Positions 35,356-43,893 of a stretch of DNA of 54,939 nucleotides are shown here, piece after piece (position 1 is the first letter of the stretch; each line of letters opens with the position of its first letter). The DNA lies in UHGV virus genome UHGV-0223582; one strand, given 5' to 3'. The translations under genes were made by a program, and so were the position numbers. This DNA comes from a virus. The notes beneath the pieces are model-generated. The model made no database searches and was not told the DNA's origin. It was given only the letters and a program-made list of their open reading frames with translations.

Positions 35356-35823
35356 TTATCTGGTAACTTCACCCAGATCTTCCCAGCCGCTGGGATACTC
35401 GTTCGGGTTCCATGTGTTGTTGTCCATTTTCGAGCGCCACACATGGCCGCCTTCCGTGCAGCAATCGCCGGTAGCATATGGGCTGGTGGCCAGAGCGATA
35501 AACCGCAGCGCCTTTTCCGGATCCGTTGACCAGACAAAGCCCCACTGCGCAGGCAGTTCCTCCGGCTCCTGTGGATACACGGAACTGTCATAGGGCTGCA
35601 GCAGCCGCACTACACGCCCGGCGGAAGATTTGCAGACAAATCCAACCGCCCGTTCCAGCATGTTCTTCCGCTCCGATGCCGCTTTGAACTCCGGTATGTA
35701 TCCATCTTCTGCATAAAGCTGTGTGCCAGTCATATCCTGCGCCGCTGTCTGGATCTTTTCCGCCGCCGATTTCCCTGCGCGCCGCAGGGTTTCCAGAACA
35801 TACTTCTTATCAGTCAATTTCAT
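35356..35823 (-). CDS. tail-associated protein with CBM5/12-like C-terminus
   Basis: Y.TGDCC.EGG.VWRS..DNN.W.P.EYP.GWE. Confidence 0.65.
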   Translation of the reverse strand: MKLTDKKYVLETLRRAGKSAAEKIQTAAQDMTGTQLYAEDGYIPEFKAASERKNMLERAVGFVCKSSAGRVVRLLQPYDSSVYPQEPEELPAQWGFVWSTDPEKALRFIALATSPYATGDCCTEGGHVWRSKMDNNTWNPNEYPSGWEDLGEVTR

Positions 35824-36127
35824 TCACTCCTTTCCGGATCGCCGCAGCCATCGAAGCCCATGTCACAGGCTGTTCCGGTTCCGGTTCTTCCGGCTGTTCC
35901 GCCTGCGCCGCCCTCCACGCTTCCCACGCTTCCATGTTCGGCTCCACAAGCGTTCCGATCTCGCCCGTTTCCTCGTTCTCAATCCGCTGGATGGTCACAA
36001 AGCCATTGTAAGCAAGAAAGGTTTTCGCTTGTTCTTCCGTAAGTTCGATGGCTCCGCGAAACGACGTGCTCTGAAAATTGGAATACCCTCCATTTTCATT
36101 TTTTTGCGGGTTTAAGTAGTAATTCAT
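35810..36127 (-). CDS. hypothetical tail-fibre accessory protein
   Basis: 105 aa, P/E linker, follows fibre genes. Confidence 0.6.
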   Translation of the reverse strand: MNYYLNPQKNENGGYSNFQSTSFRGAIELTEEQAKTFLAYNGFVTIQRIENEETGEIGTLVEPNMEAWEAWRAAQAEQPEEPEPEQPVTWASMAAAIRKGVNEID

Positions 36128-36321
36128 TTGGATTCCCCCATTGCTATTTGTTTGAAATGGTGGTATAGTACCGGTGGACAGTATCGGTGTCTTGAAAGAT
36201 TCCTTTCTCTTTTAACGATCTGATAGAGATACACCGAGAATAAGTCCTTTCTTATACCGCTCCCCAACAGGGGGGCGGTTTTTTCATTTTTCGAAGGCAT
36301 CCGCTGGCCGGAAATTATCTG

Positions 36322-37851
36322 TCATCGATCTTTTGCTTTCACATAAGTATAATGTGTAGAGTCGCTTATAGTAGGTAATACAGGAGATTCCAGATCGCCT
36401 GTCGGATTTTGCACAATAACATTTTTACAGGACAGCAACCCACTCATTGACGGATCAGACTTCCAGAATTGTATAATGTTAGTGTCGCCAGGTATAGTCG
36501 CAATTGTCTGCGTAGTCACCGTTGTATCCGTCAAAGATGTTGCATAGACGAGTTGCAAATTATTTCCAGACAATTGATATCTGTAATACAGGCCGCTTTC
36601 TTCATCATAATCAAAATCCAAGTTATTAAACGCTTTAACCATTGGGCAGTACTTATATGTTCCGTTATAGGTATCGCAGTACCCATAAGCATGGCGCTGA
36701 CTGTCGCTCCCATATTTGGAAAACATAAAGAAGTACTTTCCAATTTTTCTGAATGTAACGCCATTGTTTACATTGACAGTGGTTCCAGTATCCCGCGTGT
36801 ATTCAGCACTATCGAAGTAATGTGGTTTAAGAGCAGCGTCAATTAAGGTATGCGGGCACCACGTGTTGTTATCGCTCCACACCATTTCTACAATTGCCTG
36901 ACCATATTGTTCAGTTCTTTCATACCACTCGTTGGCATTTGGTAATGGGCTCCAACTATTTGTAATTGTCGTCTTCGTAGCTTGGTATGTTGAAACATTG
37001 ATAAATTCTTCAATAGTAGGAGCATGGAATACTCTACACTCATACCCATTGCTCCATCTGTAGATTGCTTCTCCAACAAATTCACCATTGTATGCAATTA
37101 AGTAATCAAAGGTCCAATACTGGTAGTCCGAAGCCAGGCCATTGCCAAACGTCTCAGCTTTGAAATTGTAGCCGTCTGTGCTCCATAAAATCAGAGGTGC
37201 TTTGTTGTTATCAAGCGGATGCATTGAAGCAAATTGCCCATTGTTGTATGCTATAAAGGCATAGTCAAGGTAGAAACTATAGTCTTCACTCAAAATTTTT
37301 ACTTCGTGACCCTCTGCGGCACCCGTTGCAGCATCAACAATAGTCAATCGGAAGTAGTTCCACTGATAATCTCCATCATATTTGTTACTTGAGTATACGT
37401 ACCACTTTCCTTTTTCTTTGACGTAAATGATTTGAAAAATGCGAGCATAGCCTGGATGAGTTTCTTCGACAATCTTACCGAGATCGTAGAGTGTCTGATA
37501 CTTCGTCAGCTCTTTGTTGCACAACTTAGCCAGCTCTGGGTAATCGTCTGTGCGGAACTGTTCGCCATTGCACAAAAGCCACGGATCTCCTATGTCTGCC
37601 CGTAAACTTTGTTTTAGATCTCCAATGTGCTCCGGGGAGTCACACAGAAGATTAAACACATCATTCGGGACTGCCGTGTTATCCAAACCATATTTCTCTG
37701 CTGTAACATCCTGCAGCATATTCGCTTTATTGAAATAATCCCCCTCTTCTTCGACCTCGCCAGGAGCAGGTTCAATATCATAAATATCATCCGTTCCTGC
37801 TACTTTCGTGAATTTGTAGCGGTTCGGAAATTGGACGTTGCGATCTTTGAT
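36322..37851 (-). CDS. tail fibre / receptor-binding protein (start at ATC 37851 or via UGA readthrough from ATG 37878)
   Basis: frame extends 44 codons upstream of ATG 37719 (IKDRNVQFPNRY...NKANML); collar-like IGDLKQS...WLLCNG..F....YPELA. Confidence 0.75.
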   Translation of the reverse strand: MKDRNVQFPNRYKFTKVAGTDDIYDIEPAPGEVEEEGDYFNKANMLQDVTAEKYGLDNTAVPNDVFNLLCDSPEHIGDLKQSLRADIGDPWLLCNGEQFRTDDYPELAKLCNKELTKYQTLYDLGKIVEETHPGYARIFQIIYVKEKGKWYVYSSNKYDGDYQWNYFRLTIVDAATGAAEGHEVKILSEDYSFYLDYAFIAYNNGQFASMHPLDNNKAPLILWSTDGYNFKAETFGNGLASDYQYWTFDYLIAYNGEFVGEAIYRWSNGYECRVFHAPTIEEFINVSTYQATKTTITNSWSPLPNANEWYERTEQYGQAIVEMVWSDNNTWCPHTLIDAALKPHYFDSAEYTRDTGTTVNVNNGVTFRKIGKYFFMFSKYGSDSQRHAYGYCDTYNGTYKYCPMVKAFNNLDFDYDEESGLYYRYQLSGNNLQLVYATSLTDTTVTTQTIATIPGDTNIIQFWKSDPSMSGLLSCKNVIVQNPTGDLESPVLPTISDSTHYTYVKAKDR

Positions 37852-37877
37852 AGGTCATTCCTCCTTTGAATGCTTCA

Positions 37878-38891
37878 TTATCCAAGTGCCAAATAGTGAT
37901 ACGTTATGCCAGATCCATTGTATTGACCAATATCCCCTGATTGCACATTACCTGCTGGAATTCCATCGCTAACAACATACCAAGATACGTTGTCATCATT
38001 AAAATCCATCTTGATAAGTAGTGGTTTTTCAGGGTCTAGACGTCTGCAATTACTGACAAAATATGCTGTACTACCTGGAGGGCTTATAAACCATATAATC
38101 TCGCTACCATAAGAAAAAACTGGACTCAAATACTTAGTATTGTAGGGGGAAATGCTTCCAGCGCTGTCGCGCTCTTGAAAAATCATTAGCATGCGCACTT
38201 TGAATCCTGTAACTATCCTATTTGGGTTTGATTTTCCATACTTCCCAGTTCCGATATAGCTACCAATAGAGATTTTGGTGCTCTCCCTCGCGTTCTCAAA
38301 CGGAACACCGAGGTATTGATATTCGTATCCATCTTTTTCTCCAAAATCAGGATAAGCATTTCGACTATCAGAGAATACATATTCCCAATCAGATATTTCT
38401 GTGCTAACAGATACTTTTTGTGCCTTTACAGAAACGCCGTCTACTTGTAAGGACACATTACTTGTTTGGTACGATATTGTTTGAAGCGGAAGATCGAATT
38501 CTTTTCCATAGGTTGCTCCGTTCGGAAGGTAATATATATTGCCAGGGTCACCAGTTAAACCTCGCAGATAGCATGGAGCAAAAGATGCAAGCGTCTCTGC
38601 CGCTTCCTGCGCTCCGTCGGATGATATCCAAGTGGTTTTATATTCAATTGGGTCAACAATCTCCGCAGATCCATCTGATTTAATTTTTAGATCTGTACCA
38701 TACGCAATCGATACGCCTGCAGATTTGTCCCCAATGATAACAGGAGCAGTAATGTCACTTTTTCTGATGGATCCATTTACACCTATCCGCTTCCACCAAT
38801 ACCGATACAGCTCATTCAGCACCGAAAACCGCGCATTAAATGCTGCACGATTCACAAGCCCTTTCGGATCCTGGAACGTTAAATCAGTCAT
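37878..38891 (-). CDS. tail fibre-like structural protein
   Basis: GSYIGTG.YG.SNPN...YNGSG.TYHYLALG C-terminus; start re-set to 38891. Confidence 0.7.
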   Translation of the reverse strand: MTDLTFQDPKGLVNRAAFNARFSVLNELYRYWWKRIGVNGSIRKSDITAPVIIGDKSAGVSIAYGTDLKIKSDGSAEIVDPIEYKTTWISSDGAQEAAETLASFAPCYLRGLTGDPGNIYYLPNGATYGKEFDLPLQTISYQTSNVSLQVDGVSVKAQKVSVSTEISDWEYVFSDSRNAYPDFGEKDGYEYQYLGVPFENARESTKISIGSYIGTGKYGKSNPNRIVTGFKVRMLMIFQERDSAGSISPYNTKYLSPVFSYGSEIIWFISPPGSTAYFVSNCRRLDPEKPLLIKMDFNDDNVSWYVVSDGIPAGNVQSGDIGQYNGSGITYHYLALG

Positions 38892-40138
38892 TTTGTCACC
38901 CCCAAATTTCCATAGGCCAAAAGATACCAGTCTGCGTTTTCCAAATCGTTCCACTCTCGTTCCATTTTGTCTAATTCCTCCCATGTACGACCGAAATCAC
39001 TGTCTGCGCATGGAAGCCCCAACGTTCCGCTCCAAAACGCAAACTGACCGCTCCGACGAAACCCTGAAACAACCCGGTTCATGATTTCTTCCACGATTAC
39101 AAGGATCTGCTCTATATCGTTGGCTTCTTCATATGTCAACGCTTCCATATCTTCCGGAGTATTCGGTGTCCCGTCAGGCATATCTAAAACAGAGCGGATC
39201 GCTGCTACATTTGCGAGGTATTGATCCATTTGAGAAACAGTTGGAATATCGGATTCATACCAGGTGTAAGGATCCAATTCTGAATCCCGAAACAAAACCG
39301 GTTGGACTTCGCCTCCGCCAATAAATGATCCGCTCCCGTTATTGGGATACATCTGCTTTCCCACAAGATCATATAGCCCCAAGATATTGCTATCACTCCT
39401 GCACGGGACAAAATCTCGGATCATCTGTCCGTTGTCGTAAATTTTACAGGAATATAGCCGCATAACCGCACCGCGCAAATTTGCCGTTGCTCCGCTATGA
39501 CTGCCAAATAGATACAGCGATAAAGCAAGTTGTCCTGTATTCGTTTTATTAGTCACCGTCTTATCGTCAAATGTGCACACATTCTTGTTTTTGTTAATAA
39601 CAATGCGTCTGCCAACTAAGCTATATGTTGCAGATAGGTTATCGCCAAAGTAATCGCTTCGAATCGATGCTCCATTCCCCGTAGACCATGCAATAAATGA
39701 CTGTTGAGCACTTGAAGCATCCTCATTTCTTGCTCCAAAAAACGCAGCCGCACTGGTGGTGTTTGACAGCAGTGTGCAATCCATAACCACTTGTGTATCT
39801 TGATTCGCATTGAACCCCGTATCAATGTACTGTGTTCCGCTGCTTTCAAGATACTCTAATTCGGTATATCCCTTTGGCAGTCTCCCACTCGGCTCTTGTT
39901 CACGGGAAATTTCGATTGATTTGTAACCAGACGTATAACCATACCCAGAAAGCCGGTCGTTAATGTACTCCATTGCCTCTGTAACACGGTTTAGGTCAGT
40001 GTAGTTATACGCTCCGCGAAGCCCTGCCAAATAAGCAGCCCATTCTTCCGTAGTCATGTCCTGCCCTTTGGCGGCCAGTTCTGCAGCGTAAGAAGCATCT
40101 TCCTGTGTTCTGTTTGTGATAAGATCATCTATAATCAT
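38888..40138 (-). CDS. minor tail protein with inserted LamG/ConA-like domain
   Basis: GAYNYTDLNRV...LPKGYTELEYLESSGTQYIDTG...RDFVPC...GLYDLV...ANDIEQIL. Confidence 0.75.
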   Translation of the reverse strand: MIIDDLITNRTQEDASYAAELAAKGQDMTTEEWAAYLAGLRGAYNYTDLNRVTEAMEYINDRLSGYGYTSGYKSIEISREQEPSGRLPKGYTELEYLESSGTQYIDTGFNANQDTQVVMDCTLLSNTTSAAAFFGARNEDASSAQQSFIAWSTGNGASIRSDYFGDNLSATYSLVGRRIVINKNKNVCTFDDKTVTNKTNTGQLALSLYLFGSHSGATANLRGAVMRLYSCKIYDNGQMIRDFVPCRSDSNILGLYDLVGKQMYPNNGSGSFIGGGEVQPVLFRDSELDPYTWYESDIPTVSQMDQYLANVAAIRSVLDMPDGTPNTPEDMEALTYEEANDIEQILVIVEEIMNRVVSGFRRSGQFAFWSGTLGLPCADSDFGRTWEELDKMEREWNDLENADWYLLAYGNLGVTK

Positions 40139-40410
40139 GTCAGCACCATCTCCACTGTAACCGAAACTTGAAGCGTAGCCCCACAGTCCACCGGATTGGG
40201 CGATAGGCTGACCGCTGTAATCTCAAGATGCCCAGCAGACCCATAGCCCCACAAATACCAGTCCCAATCCAGCGCATCAATTTGTTCCCAAGTTAGACCT
40301 AACTGATCCTGTTCCTCCCAATTTCGCGGTCGCAAACTCGGGCCACCTGGTAAAATTTCGCTTCCGGACCATGCTGAAAACTGACCGGAACGGATCTGTT
40401 TTTCTGCCAT
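40135..40410 (-). CDS. small tail protein combining motifs of its neighbours
   Basis: N-half resembles C-terminus of 38888..40138; C-half resembles C-terminus of 41063..41968. Confidence 0.65.
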   Translation of the reverse strand: MAEKQIRSGQFSAWSGSEILPGGPSLRPRNWEEQDQLGLTWEQIDALDWDWYLWGYGSAGHLEITAVSLSPNPVDCGATLQVSVTVEMVLT

Positions 40411-40411
40411 A

Positions 40412-40696
40412 TCAAATCACCCGAATCCGAATTGCTTTTTTCACAATTTCCGATCCAACCTGAAAGGTAAAGGTAAGGTTGTATACCGTGCGCCGTTTAG
40501 GCTGTATTTCGCAGCGCAAGTTCCAATAAGATCCGTCCTGCTCTGGGAGAATCGTCCCCTGGGCCTCTTTGGAATCCGTATAGCTCAAATCCCATTCGCA
40601 ATTCTGCGGTGTAAATGCTGCATTGTCTTTCAGCCAGATTTTAAGCGTGATCGCTCTGCGCTCTCCAAGCTGTAAAACTTTCTCTTCCATTTTCAC
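40412..40696 (-). CDS. tail structural protein (Ig-like)
   Basis: 94 aa, beta-rich, in tail operon. Confidence 0.6.
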   Translation of the reverse strand: MKMEEKVLQLGERRAITLKIWLKDNAAFTPQNCEWDLSYTDSKEAQGTILPEQDGSYWNLRCEIQPKRRTVYNLTFTFQVGSEIVKKAIRIRVI

Positions 40697-41061
40697 CCTC
40701 CAACCACTTCATATTGTGTGAGTTCTGCTCTATACTCATCCATCCAAAAGGAACTGCAATAATCTCTTATGCACGCCTTACTTTTGAAGCGTGACGCACC
40801 AAACAGTTCCAAAACCTCTTCCATTGTGAATCCCGCGCCAACTTCCAACACGGAAAAACGAAATTGAAGCAAATCAAGATCCACTGTGACCTTGACAGCT
40901 GCAAAATAGGTTCGGTTCCCTGCTTCATCCTCTGCCCACAATTCAAAAATATAAGTATTATCTTCCGATGCCGGGACGGTGGTTTCCCACCGCCCCGTAT
41001 ACTCATTCAGGGTAAACACAATCTCAACGTTATCGCATTTCCCATATACCCGTTTGACCAT
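40693..41061 (-). CDS. tail structural protein (Ig-like)
   Basis: WETTVP...Y.FELWAEDEAGNRTY. Confidence 0.65.
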   Translation of the reverse strand: MVKRVYGKCDNVEIVFTLNEYTGRWETTVPASEDNTYIFELWAEDEAGNRTYFAAVKVTVDLDLLQFRFSVLEVGAGFTMEEVLELFGASRFKSKACIRDYCSSFWMDEYRAELTQYEVVGG

Positions 41062-41062
41062 G

Positions 41063-41968
41063 TCAGGAATCTGTCACAGTAACAGATACGATATACGTTG
41101 CGCCGGCATCTACAGGATTAGGTGTCAACGTAATAGCCGTAATCACCGGAGCACCCGTATCGAGTACAACCGACCGCTCTACCGTGGTGCTCTTGCCAGC
41201 ACTGTCAGTTGCAACAACCCGGATGGTATTGCTGCCCTCTGCCAGCGTAACATTAATCGAGAACGCTCCATCCGGTGCGACCTCTGCCGACTGTGCGATT
41301 CCTCCATTCACCTGTACCTTAACGGTGACCGGCGAAGAGGTTGCGTCGTTGGTGTTTCCGGAAACCAGAATGCTGCTCTGATTGGTGACCAGACCATCAG
41401 CCGGAGACGTAATAACCAGCGTGGGCGGAATCGTATCCACAGTAAATGTGACGCTGGCCTGTGTTGCAGTGTTCCCGTCGTGATCGCTTACATTGAAATA
41501 TACGGTATGTGAACCCTCTCCAAGCGCTTCCGAAGGCGTATATGTACAGGCATATCCATTGGAAATGGAAGACGTTTCAATCCCGCTTGTTACAGCAGTA
41601 TTCCCATCGATCTTGATTGAAATGCTGCTTGTATCAATCCCGCTTCCGGTATCCGTCACATTCCACTTGAACACTGGGGCTGCACTGGTGATATAAGCGC
41701 CTGCGGTCGGATATGTTACCGCAATGACAGGTTTCTCCTTTTCAAGGACACGTAGCTTTAATTCCTCAAACTCATCCTTTGTCGCTGTGACCCGGTTCCC
41801 TGCATCGTCCTCTGCGGTAACTGTCCCGTAAAACTTGTGTTCTTCATTTTCGTTGTAGCTGGTCGTGGACGGAGCAGTAATAGTAGCTTTGTACTGCTGG
41901 CTTCCCGCATCATAGGTCAGATCATAGGTCTGCCCATTGATAGAAAACTGAACTTTTTTGACTGACAT
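41063..41968 (-). CDS. multi-Ig-domain tail protein
   Basis: D.AGN, DTIPPTL.ITSP, LAEGSNTI.VVATD.AG repeats. Confidence 0.8.
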   Translation of the reverse strand: MSVKKVQFSINGQTYDLTYDAGSQQYKATITAPSTTSYNENEEHKFYGTVTAEDDAGNRVTATKDEFEELKLRVLEKEKPVIAVTYPTAGAYITSAAPVFKWNVTDTGSGIDTSSISIKIDGNTAVTSGIETSSISNGYACTYTPSEALGEGSHTVYFNVSDHDGNTATQASVTFTVDTIPPTLVITSPADGLVTNQSSILVSGNTNDATSSPVTVKVQVNGGIAQSAEVAPDGAFSINVTLAEGSNTIRVVATDSAGKSTTVERSVVLDTGAPVITAITLTPNPVDAGATYIVSVTVTDS

Positions 41969-41979
41969 AAGTTCCTCCT

Positions 41980-43524
41980 TTATGCTTCCGCCCGGCCTTC
42001 ATAAGTCCCGCGGAATGCTCCATTATAGGTGTATTTAATGGATGTAACCAGAACCGTGCTCTGTGCGAACTGATTTTCATTGCTCACCCTATCCAAAGCG
42101 TCCAATCTCGGATCTGCCCGGAATTCCCCGCTCAGAATGCGTCGGTTCTTCAAGTAGTTTCCGATCCATGTAGCAACCGTTTCAGCCCGTTCAGCCGATA
42201 CCAGAGGATTGTTCACATCCTGCGTTTCTCCTGCGCTCCCAAAAGAAACCACCGCGGCTCCATCATTGATCGAAACGGCTTTCAATTGCTTGCTGAGGCT
42301 GATTTCAGAATTTTCATAGCTTCGGAACTGGTTTATTTCATAATCGGTAACTCCACTGGGCAGCGGTTCAATATGGTAAATACCTCCCCTGTCCTGATAG
42401 AACACACAACAGGCCGCGTTCGCTACATACTGCAGCACCTCGGCAATTGTATTTCCGTCCAGGCTTGCCCCCTCAGGAGCATGGATTGTTTCAAGTGACA
42501 CATCAACGATCCACCGGTTGCTCCCGTCTTTCTGCTTTGGCAATGCAGCCTGTTCAAATGCAGCTGTCGCAATCTCAAGAAGCGTTCCCTCAACCGGTCC
42601 GGAATAGGTATCCGTCATAAGTTCCTGCATATCGCGCGCCTTAAAGCTGGCTGTAATACCGTTTTGCGGCGTGTCCCATTCGCTCATGTAAAATGTTCCA
42701 GCCGGGATCCATTCAATAGCGCCGTCGATGAGATACCCATAACGTGCCGTTATCTCCTGCCGCTCCATTAAATATTTCTCAGCGCCTTGCGGATTATCCG
42801 GGTTATACTGCCCGTTCAGATTGGAGATCGAAAACTCGATTTCAATGGTTGGCAGCGCAGCAGAAACGGGATCAACCTCTATGGTGTGGCTGTAGTTCAT
42901 CAGTTCGGTTTTGGAATATGTCTGTTTAATGCCAACCAGAATATTGGAAATCCTCGCTCTATGGTGGGGAAGGCACCATCTTGTAATCTGTATGACGATC
43001 TTGTCGTATTCCTCTATATCCAGATTTACAACAGAAGAAACGTTCCGGTTTCCCGTGACAGTGGTCGAAGCAGATACAGCTTCCCCACTGTATGCCGTCA
43101 CAATAAAACTGTCTGCATACTCTCCATATGCCGTTCCCCAATCAATGGTTATGCCTGGAATTACACTGGTGAACAACTTTGAAAACGAAATCGTAATGGT
43201 GGGAATACTCGAAAAGGAGCCATCGTCACCGCTGAGAACGTCCCCGATGTATCCGGTATCCCCATATGGCGGCGCATCCGGAAGAATGATCCGGTTGCTG
43301 CTCAGGAGCCAGCTGTTAAGCTCCAACGAAGCATATGGAAGCACGTTTTTATCTGTACCGTCCACAATCTGCGGCGTATTGGAAATTTCATCTGATCCGT
43401 TGTCACTGACCGATGCATCCTCCTGTGATTCCGGATCGCCTACATTCAAGATAACCTCAACATAGCTTTCCCCCACAAGATATTGCTCTTGGTTGTCTTT
43501 CCACTTCTGCGATACATTCTGCAT
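41980..43524 (-). CDS. tail hub/Tal-like baseplate protein
   Basis: 514 aa after Dit; EWIPAGTFYM.EW, FRADPRLDALD. Confidence 0.7.
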   Translation of the reverse strand: MQNVSQKWKDNQEQYLVGESYVEVILNVGDPESQEDASVSDNGSDEISNTPQIVDGTDKNVLPYASLELNSWLLSSNRIILPDAPPYGDTGYIGDVLSGDDGSFSSIPTITISFSKLFTSVIPGITIDWGTAYGEYADSFIVTAYSGEAVSASTTVTGNRNVSSVVNLDIEEYDKIVIQITRWCLPHHRARISNILVGIKQTYSKTELMNYSHTIEVDPVSAALPTIEIEFSISNLNGQYNPDNPQGAEKYLMERQEITARYGYLIDGAIEWIPAGTFYMSEWDTPQNGITASFKARDMQELMTDTYSGPVEGTLLEIATAAFEQAALPKQKDGSNRWIVDVSLETIHAPEGASLDGNTIAEVLQYVANAACCVFYQDRGGIYHIEPLPSGVTDYEINQFRSYENSEISLSKQLKAVSINDGAAVVSFGSAGETQDVNNPLVSAERAETVATWIGNYLKNRRILSGEFRADPRLDALDRVSNENQFAQSTVLVTSIKYTYNGAFRGTYEGRAEA

Positions 43525-43527
43525 AGC

Positions 43528-43893
43528 TTATACCTCGATCAGTGAAAGCTTCGCCCCTGTGTACCCTTTGATACTCCCATCCGGATTGCGAAGAAATACG
43601 CTGGCGGTTCTATCTCCAACATACATCGTCCGTGTTTCCCACTTGTTGGAATCTTGGCAAAAGAACGTTACACTGTTGAAAAAACTTTTGTTAAATAGAG
43701 ACATCACATTCGCCCAATCCTGAGCAGATATAAAATTCCAGCTCAGTTCCACCTTTGCAATTCCACTGCGGATGACACTTGCGATGACATAACCCTTCAC
43801 GTTTCTTCCGCTGTCCACCACTGTGCTGGTTGTGGCACTGTATGTTGACGGTTCGGGGAGTGCCGTCCCTGCTACCGTTACCATTGAGCGCAT
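43528..43893 (-). CDS. distal tail (Dit)-like protein
   Basis: LPEPS.Y...DSGRN..G...TRTMYVGDR...LIEV directly after TMP. Confidence 0.75.
   Translation of the reverse strand: MRSMVTVAGTALPEPSTYSATTSTVVDSGRNVKGYVIASVIRSGIAKVELSWNFISAQDWANVMSLFNKSFFNSVTFFCQDSNKWETRTMYVGDRTASVFLRNPDGSIKGYTGAKLSLIEV

Noticed and set aside
36322..38891. Diversity-generating retroelement acting on tail fibres
   Set aside because: No reverse transcriptase and no template/variable repeat pair seen
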